Assembly: GCA_964567295.1 (NCBI GenBank)
Contig: CAZMLU010000003.1
Location: forward strand, 894 to 64,893
Length of the DNA stretch: 64,000 bases
Origin: an uncultured Desulfovibrionaceae bacterium
GTDB taxonomy: Bacteria; Bacillota; Dethiobacteria; DTU022; UBA8154
Reading direction: 5' to 3'
Shown piece by piece: positions 58,086-64,000 of the stretch. The translations under genes and the position numbers were made by a program. The first letter of the stretch is position 1. Each line of letters starts with the position of its first letter. The notes beneath the pieces are model-generated. The model was not told where the DNA came from. It saw nothing but the letters and a program-made list of their open reading frames with translations, and made no database searches.

Positions 58086-59267
58086 TTAAAAATGCTTCGC
58101 AGGTAAGCTCTTCCTTCGAGCACCGTAATAAGCAGAGATAAAACCGGCTGCGGCCAACATCGCTCCCATGAGGTATGTTTCTTCTCCCCCAAGTCTGGAC
58201 CATACCTGCCCGCTGGCCATACTCCCCAGGGCACCTCCCAGGCCAAAACTTAGAGAAGAATAGAGAGCCTGGCCGCGCCCCCTGAGGGTTCCCTCAAAGT
58301 GAAGGTGTATCAAATGGATAGCCGCCGCATGGTAAACCCCAAAGCTGGCAGCATGAAGCAGTTGGGCCCCCAATACAGCAGCCAGATTTTCGATGAACAC
58401 TGCAATGACCAGCCATCGTACAGCGGTCAGGAACAGTGAAGCCAGAAGTAATTTCCAGGCGCCAAAGCGGGGCAGCAGGCGGTACATTACCAGGAAGATC
58501 CCTACCTCCGCTATCACACCCAGGGCCCAAAGCTGCCCTGCCGCAGCCCTGCTGTAACTGTGATTTTCCAGATAGATGGTGAAAAAAGAATAATAGGGCC
58601 CGTGGCTGGCCTGCATGAAAAAGCAGGCGAGAAGCAGCGCCCAAACGGGGGGCTTTTTGAGTACCTCTACCAGGGAAGTAAACCGAAAGGGCTGCTGCTC
58701 ACCAGATGAAGCGGTTTTAGGGGTAGAATTTTCCTGGACGGCAAGGCTGCTGAGCCAGACGGCTGCCAGGAATGCCATTACTATCCAGGGTAAAATCTCT
58801 ATTCCGAAGCGCTGAAAAATAGGTCCCAAGCCGGAGACGCTTGCGATAAACCCTATAGAGCCCCAAAGCCGTATGGAGCTGTAGCGATGGAAGTCATCTC
58901 CCAGCCTGGTGAGGGTAACAGCCTCAAATTGGGGCAGCACAGCATTCCAAAAAAAGCTGAAGGATAACAGGACCAGGGCCATCCACCAGAAATCCGATGC
59001 AAAAATTACTCCGAAAAACAGCATAAGCGCAAACAACATCCCCACCCGAATGATCCGCACTCTTCGCCCGCTGCGATCAGCCAACCATCCCCATACATTA
59101 GGGGCGATCACCTTGGAGCCCAGGATAACTGCTATGAGAGCGCTGATCTGCGGCGGTGGGAAGCCCATTTCCTGAAGATATACACTCCAGTAGGGCATAA
59201 AAGCCCCCACGCTGCCAAAATAAAAAAGATAAAACCCGGAGTGCTTCCAGTAAAACAGATTTTTCAT
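58086..59267 (-). CDS. MFS transporter
   Basis: 393 aa, 12 TM, WLADRSGRR motif. Confidence 0.75.
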   Translation of the reverse strand: MKNLFYWKHSGFYLFYFGSVGAFMPYWSVYLQEMGFPPPQISALIAVILGSKVIAPNVWGWLADRSGRRVRIIRVGMLFALMLFFGVIFASDFWWMALVLLSFSFFWNAVLPQFEAVTLTRLGDDFHRYSSIRLWGSIGFIASVSGLGPIFQRFGIEILPWIVMAFLAAVWLSSLAVQENSTPKTASSGEQQPFRFTSLVEVLKKPPVWALLLACFFMQASHGPYYSFFTIYLENHSYSRAAAGQLWALGVIAEVGIFLVMYRLLPRFGAWKLLLASLFLTAVRWLVIAVFIENLAAVLGAQLLHAASFGVYHAAAIHLIHLHFEGTLRGRGQALYSSLSFGLGGALGSMASGQVWSRLGGEETYLMGAMLAAAGFISAYYGARRKSLPAKHF

Positions 59268-59594
59268 GGCACTATTTTCATTCCTTTCCTGTCCATTTTA
59301 CCGTTTCTTATAAGTCCCTTTCAACATCGCCTTGCTTAACAGTTCCTGGGTTTTAATACAAATCCTAATCGCACGGACATCTGCAATCGCCGGCGAAAAA
59401 TTGAAGCGCTCAAAATAGCGGCCCGTCTCTTCAAAGGCCTTCTTCTTGGAGCCGGGCGAAAGCAGCCTGGAAACGATCAAAAAAAGATCCTTTTATACGT
59501 AGCAATCTAATTATTGCCAGGAACTATAAAATGGAATACAATAAATATCATACAGAACAAAACGGAAACACCGGCTACCCCCAAGGAGGAAAAC

Positions 59595-61145
59595 ATGAAA
59601 AGATTACTGCTAGCACTGCTCCTGACGGCCATAGTATTAACTCTCTGCGCACCCGCCCTTTCTGCCCGGGAACCGCTGATCACGCTGGGCAATGAAGTCC
59701 TGTTTGAGAGATACTATCACCTGATAGAAGGGAAAAAAGTTGGACTGGTTACCAACCAGAGTGGGATAAACAGCAGGGGGGTAAGCACCATTGAGATCCT
59801 GGATTCTGATCCCCATGTTGACCTGGTGGCCCTCTACGGGCCGGAACACGGCATAGACGGAAAAGCTGCTGCAGGGGAGTACGTGGAGTCATATACAGAC
59901 CCGGAGCTGCAGATACCTGTCTACAGCCTCTATGGCCCTACCAGGATGCCTACCGCCGCAATGTTGCAGGACATAGATGTTCTACTGTATGATATTCAGG
60001 ATATCGGTGCCAGGAGCTATACTTATATCTCCACCCTGCACTACTGCATGCAGGCAGGGGAAAAATACAATACACCGATCGTTGTCCTGGACCGCCCCAA
60101 TCCACTGGGAGGTTTAACCGTGGAGGGCCCCATGATGGAGGAGAGATTCAGGACCTTTGTAGGGGTCGATATTCTTCCCAAGGCCCATGGCATGACGGTG
60201 GGTGAGCTCGCCTTCTACTTCAACCGCGATATCGGCGTAGACCTTACCGTTGTCCCTATGGAAGGTTACAAGCGCAGCATGATCTACCAGGACACCGGCC
60301 TCCCCTGGATCGAAACTTCACCCAACATCCCGGATCTGGATTCGGTTTTTGGCTACATGGCCACCGGCCTGGGAGAAGGTACGGGGGTGAGACAGGCCGA
60401 CAAGTTCAAGTGGATCGGCGGAGAAGGCTTGAACTCGCTAACGTTTGCCCGGGCTCTCAACGGAGCAGGGCTGCCGGGGGTTAGCTTTATTCCGGAAACC
60501 AAAGGTGCCCAGGGCGGTGCACGGCTGCAGATCACCAATTACTATACCTTTAACCCTGCCCGGACCGGTATTTATGCCCTTTCCTACGCTTTTTCCCTGG
60601 GAGATTTCCAGGTCCCCAAAAGCGGCGATAGGCAAGAGGATATCGTTATGTTCGATAAGATCATGGGCAGCGATCTTGTTGGCAACTGCCTGGAACAAGG
60701 GCTTACACCCCAGCAGATAGAAAGCAGATATGCTCCCGCCCTGGAACGCTTCAAAAGAGAACGGGAAAATTACCTGCTCTCCCGATACAACCCCCGCCTG
60801 GATATAGTAGTTGACGGGGAACTTATCACTTTTGACAACCCACCATATATCGATGCTCAAGACCGCATGATGGTGCCTTTACGGGCTGTGGCCGAGGCAA
60901 TGGGAGGGGAAGCCGACTGGGAACCTGACTCAAGGACAGCGATCATTATGAAAGAAAGGACAGAGCTGAGATTTCCCATTGGCGATAACAAGGTCCTGGT
61001 AAACGGAGAAGAAAAAACCATGGATACTGTTTCGGTCATCGTTCAAGACCGCACCATGATCCCCCTCCGGTTTGCAGGTGAATTTCTGGGAGCCGAAGTA
61101 GACTGGAACCATTATACCAGAACTGCTTTCATTAAGAGCAAGTAA
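59595..61145 (+). CDS. secreted DUF1343 (NamZ/YbbC-like exo-beta-N-acetylmuramidase family) protein with C-terminal copper-amine-oxidase-N-like repeats
   Basis: RBS AAGGAGG before ATG (MKRLLLALLL signal peptide); DUF1343 core (GLVTNQSGI...GPEHG...DRPNPLGG); two C-terminal MxPLRxxAExLGAEVDW-type repeats. Confidence 0.6.
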   Translation: MKRLLLALLLTAIVLTLCAPALSAREPLITLGNEVLFERYYHLIEGKKVGLVTNQSGINSRGVSTIEILDSDPHVDLVALYGPEHGIDGKAAAGEYVESYTDPELQIPVYSLYGPTRMPTAAMLQDIDVLLYDIQDIGARSYTYISTLHYCMQAGEKYNTPIVVLDRPNPLGGLTVEGPMMEERFRTFVGVDILPKAHGMTVGELAFYFNRDIGVDLTVVPMEGYKRSMIYQDTGLPWIETSPNIPDLDSVFGYMATGLGEGTGVRQADKFKWIGGEGLNSLTFARALNGAGLPGVSFIPETKGAQGGARLQITNYYTFNPARTGIYALSYAFSLGDFQVPKSGDRQEDIVMFDKIMGSDLVGNCLEQGLTPQQIESRYAPALERFKRERENYLLSRYNPRLDIVVDGELITFDNPPYIDAQDRMMVPLRAVAEAMGGEADWEPDSRTAIIMKERTELRFPIGDNKVLVNGEEKTMDTVSVIVQDRTMIPLRFAGEFLGAEVDWNHYTRTAFIKSK

Positions 61146-61261
61146 ATGACCTTACAAAATCAGGTCACAGGAGCACGCAACTGCGGCCTGATTTTCTCCA
61201 TGACAAATTTTCCTTTTTCTCATTTATTACTTCCTCATGGGAGGCAGAAAAACTCGTCCCT

Positions 61262-62110
61262 TTAACCTTCAGTTTCTTTAGCTTTCCTGGCTTCTTCGCT
61301 GTACCAGGCCCTTATAAAGGAGGAAACACCCTGGATGAAAAAACCTCCTGCAACCCAATAGTGAACAAACCTGGGGTAAAAGAGAATCAATATCCCGATG
61401 GAGAGAAAAATTAAGCCTGTTAAAATTAAACTTACCCTTTCAGTTTTTCCTGTTTTTTCGCTCACGTAATCAGCCACCTTTAAAAAGTGATCGTACTTCA
61501 CCAAGAATTTAGCCACCGCTGAACTGGAGCGTTTGATGTTTTTGCGCGCTACCATCCAAAAGTTAGGAAAGAAAACAATGTTTAAAAGCATGACGGCAAG
61601 CAACATGGACAACACGTAAGTAAGGCGGTTGTAGTAAGTACCTGTTAAAAGCATCCCTGTTTCATCCATAAATAACCCCATGCCGCCGCCAAAAACCAGG
61701 GCCATAAATTTGCGGTCCATCGTCTCGGTATGAACAATAGCCATCCAGGCCGCATAACAGATCATAACAATTCCTATATAAAAATGATGTATATGATACC
61801 CAAACAGAATAATGTTGCGGCCGATATAGATATACTCATCTGCCGAAAGTCCCTGGGCAGAGCCGGCCAGTAACACAGCAACACGGATAACCACGAAAGA
61901 AATGAAATAGGAAATGGTAATCAAAAAGGGGATTTGGCGATTAATTATTATCACTCCATAAATAGCATATAACCTAAGGTGGTGTTTTTTGGTGCTCCAG
62001 CAAATATCAATCACGGGGCTTAACCACGAGGGAGATGGCGTGGGTCGCACGGAAGAAGGAAAGGTGGTTTTTATTCCTTTTGCCCTCCCTCGGGAAAAGA
62101 TCTCCTGCAA
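61262..62110 (-). CDS. polytopic membrane protein of unknown function
   Basis: ~7 TM helices; N-terminal 40 codons overlap the divergent rlmD-like start, so the true start is uncertain. Confidence 0.4.
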   Translation of the reverse strand: MQEIFSRGRAKGIKTTFPSSVRPTPSPSWLSPVIDICWSTKKHHLRLYAIYGVIIINRQIPFLITISYFISFVVIRVAVLLAGSAQGLSADEYIYIGRNIILFGYHIHHFYIGIVMICYAAWMAIVHTETMDRKFMALVFGGGMGLFMDETGMLLTGTYYNRLTYVLSMLLAVMLLNIVFFPNFWMVARKNIKRSSSAVAKFLVKYDHFLKVADYVSEKTGKTERVSLILTGLIFLSIGILILFYPRFVHYWVAGGFFIQGVSSFIRAWYSEEARKAKETEG

Positions 62111-63317
62111 CCTTACCTTGGAAAAAAAAAGATGGTGTAAGGGCGAACTTCAAGAAATACTCTCTCCGTCTCCCCACCGGATAGAACCACTCTGTGCAAC
62201 TTATTATCAATGCGGAGGTTGTTCCCTTCAACACTTGGAATATAAGGAACAGGTTAAATGGAAAAGGGGAAAGGTGCGACAAAACCTTTCCAGGCTTGGC
62301 GGACTGCAACAGCTAGAAGTGCTTCCGTTACTGAGTGCAGATAATATTTTTGGATATCGCAACAAATTAACCCTGCACTATGCCCAGATAAAGGAAAAGG
62401 AAAACGCCCTTGGCTTTTTCTCGCCCGGGACCCGCAGTCTTGTCCCCGTGGATAATTGCCTGCTGGCTTCTTCCCTTATGAACGATGCTATCAAGCTACT
62501 GTCAAAAATCCTCCAGGATCTTCCTCCCAAAGAAATAAAAAAAACCATGAATAAAGAAATAGTGCTCCGCCAGAGCTTTTCCCGACAGGAGTTATTATTA
62601 CTCTTCCGCTACTTTCGCGAAGACTCAGAAAAACTGGAAAAGATATCCCACCTATTAAAAGAAAAACAGCCGGCTCTAACCTCCGCCTGGCAGGAGCTGC
62701 CCGGCAAAAATGAAAGACCTGCTTGCAAGCCACTGGCTGGCAAAGAAAAACTATTCGAAGAACTACTGGGGAAAAATTTCTACCTGGGTCCTTCTACTTT
62801 TTTCCAGGTGAATAAAGCGCAGGCACAGGTGCTCTACCAAAAAGTATTGGAATTACTGGAACCAGTTTCCCCCGCAGGCACCCTTGTAGATATCCACTGC
62901 GGTGCCGGTTTAATGACACTTCTCACAGCAAGCATGGCCCAAAAAGTAATAGGGATCGAATCTTTTCCGCCTGCCGTTGAAGACGCCCGCTACAATGCTC
63001 AAATTAACAATATTTCAAACGCTACTTTCCTGGAGGGCGCCGCTGAAAAACACCTGCCCCAACTGCTGAAAAAAAAGAAAGAAATTCCTGATTTGGCTCT
63101 GCTCAACCCACCCCGGGTGGGATGCTCCCCTTCTCTGCTGCGAACCATAAATAACTCCAAAATTCCCCACCTTATCTATGTCTCCTGCGACCCGGCCACC
63201 CTAGCCAGGGATCTGCGTATTCTTATAAATGGAGGCTACCGCCCCGGACCTGTACAGCCTTTGGATATGTTTCCGCAAACTTCCCATGTGGAATCTATCG
63301 TAGCCTTGGAAAAGTAA
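61989..63317 (+). CDS. 23S rRNA (uracil-C5)-methyltransferase, RlmD/RumA family
   Basis: TRAM domain, 4-Cys cluster (CxxxxxCGGC), SAM motif DIHCGAGL, catalytic SCDP; TTG/GTG start after AAGGTGGTG. Confidence 0.75.
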   Translation: MVLQQISITGLNHEGDGVGRTEEGKVVFIPFALPREKISCNLTLEKKRWCKGELQEILSPSPHRIEPLCATYYQCGGCSLQHLEYKEQVKWKRGKVRQNLSRLGGLQQLEVLPLLSADNIFGYRNKLTLHYAQIKEKENALGFFSPGTRSLVPVDNCLLASSLMNDAIKLLSKILQDLPPKEIKKTMNKEIVLRQSFSRQELLLLFRYFREDSEKLEKISHLLKEKQPALTSAWQELPGKNERPACKPLAGKEKLFEELLGKNFYLGPSTFFQVNKAQAQVLYQKVLELLEPVSPAGTLVDIHCGAGLMTLLTASMAQKVIGIESFPPAVEDARYNAQINNISNATFLEGAAEKHLPQLLKKKKEIPDLALLNPPRVGCSPSLLRTINNSKIPHLIYVSCDPATLARDLRILINGGYRPGPVQPLDMFPQTSHVESIVALEK

Positions 63318-63371
63318 AAATATTTTTTGCATAACTGGTCCTTTTTAGGCGTTTGAAGAAGATTATCTCTT

Positions 63372-63932
63372 CTAACTTGGATCCTCAATAACTACCCATT
63401 TCTTACAATCATAATAACGGGCATGGGCATTGGAGACGGGATACCTTCCGCAGGAAAAATAGCGCCAATAGAAAGAGCCATAACTGGGGCAAAGCCTGCT
63501 TTTTTTGTCCAATAATGGACACCGCAGCTGTTCGCAACAATTTACACACCCACCGCAGTCATTGGGATCTCCTTTCCAATCCTCGGCAAGCTTGACCCGG
63601 TTCGGATCCGGAGCATTCATAGGCGGCGAAGTCAAGGGAATGACAAAAGCCTCCCGGTAGTCCTTATCGGTAAGCCACTTCATAAAACCCTTCCAGAATA
63701 TAGCCGCCATGGGCCAAAAGTAATGGCGGTATTTGAGATGGTTAAAATCCCGAAAAAGAGCATAGGTAAAAATAGGACCAAGGATATACAACACCGCCCC
63801 CCCACTAATGGTGACCAGAAAAATTAAAATTAAAAACAGGAGGCGAAGCACAGTCCACTTAATTCTATACAAGAAAAAGACAAACCCGGAACTACCACTT
63901 TCCAATTCCGTCTGCTCACTCAACCTTACCAC
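63372..63932 (-). CDS. membrane protein with Cys-rich C-terminal domain
   Basis: 2 TM helices, then CGGCVNCCEQLRCP...CPSYGSFYWRYFSCGRYP motif; no family recognised. Confidence 0.4.
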   Translation of the reverse strand: MVRLSEQTELESGSSGFVFFLYRIKWTVLRLLFLILIFLVTISGGAVLYILGPIFTYALFRDFNHLKYRHYFWPMAAIFWKGFMKWLTDKDYREAFVIPLTSPPMNAPDPNRVKLAEDWKGDPNDCGGCVNCCEQLRCPLLDKKSRLCPSYGSFYWRYFSCGRYPVSNAHARYYDCKKWVVIEDPS

Positions 63933-64000
63933 CTTCCAATCTCTTTTATTGGTGACAAGGGGACGGGGTACTTGTCAACTTTCCTTGCCACCCGGAAATA

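Noticed and set aside
59298-59480. 60-aa minus-strand ORF in the MFS/namZ intergenic region
   Set aside because: No RBS, no family similarity, and it sits in a promoter-like AT-rich spacer. Likely non-coding.
1-64000. tRNA, rRNA, transposase/IS elements, phage integrase, toxin-antitoxin or restriction-modification genes
   Set aside because: No cloverleaf-compatible conserved tRNA motifs (GTTC-RA-NYC T-loop with matching acceptor stems), no rRNA-like conserved blocks, and no DDE/serine/tyrosine recombinase signatures were seen in any frame. The window appears free of classical mobile elements.

Overview
This 64-kb window is a chromosomal segment of a Gram-positive anaerobe, probably a Clostridia-type Firmicute: it carries veg, rsmA/ksgA, a YhaO/YhaN-type SbcD/SbcC pair and cooC, and GC is about 50%. 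The organism cannot be named from the sequence alone. The window is densely coded, with about 60 genes mostly on the minus strand. I found no rRNA, tRNA, CRISPR array or transposase.

The main blocks are:
- **1-14.3 kb:** one minus-strand catabolic island. It encodes a four-subunit molybdenum hydroxylase of the xanthine-dehydrogenase family with its large subunit split across two genes. It also encodes a ferredoxin-domain reductase, an enamidase-like amidohydrolase, a 3-hydroxyisobutyrate-dehydrogenase-family enzyme, a CoA-acylating MmsA-like aldehyde dehydrogenase, a TRAP transporter and an IclR regulator. The architecture matches the upper nicotinate-fermentation pathway of Eubacterium barkeri, with a TRAP uptake system and an extra ALDH added.
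- **14.6-17.6 kb:** prfC and an MFS transporter.
- **17.6-19.2 kb:** a frameshifted UspA gene and an AEC-family permease.
- **19.3-26.3 kb:** a DNA-damage module. A Y-family polymerase is divergent from an XRE-HTH/S24 self-cleaving repressor, followed by SbcD-like and membrane-anchored SbcC-like genes.
- **26.4-30.6 kb:** a small secreted protein, an OmpR/histidine-kinase pair, a zinc-ribbon membrane protein with an in-frame MORN-coding tail after its stop codon, and a PilZ protein.
- **30.8-33.1 kb:** an ArsR-controlled ABC-2 exporter whose permease carries an in-frame TGA.
- **33.5-42.3 kb:** PPC-domain and SRAP proteins, dapB, a LiaF-like protein, a stomatin/NfeD pair, an SH3 membrane protein and a radical SAM protein.
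- **42.4-45.5 kb:** pcm, then the COG2122 + NIL-ferredoxin + DUF39 trio known from sulfide-dependent homocysteine biosynthesis.
- **45.6-54.5 kb:** a QueT-like transporter, veg, rsmA, a rhomboid protease, ComFC-like, a RecD2-like helicase, metK with a probable S-box leader, and fabZ.
- **54.6-57.9 kb:** CooC + VWA (CoxE-like) + MoxR (CoxD-like) maturation genes.
- **58-64 kb:** an MFS transporter, a secreted NamZ-like protein, an RlmD-like methyltransferase and two membrane proteins.

The most unusual content is the nicotinate-dehydrogenase-like island with non-canonical accessory genes, the two COG2122 paralogues, and three apparently interrupted genes. Position estimates for features I placed by hand may be off by 1-2 nt.
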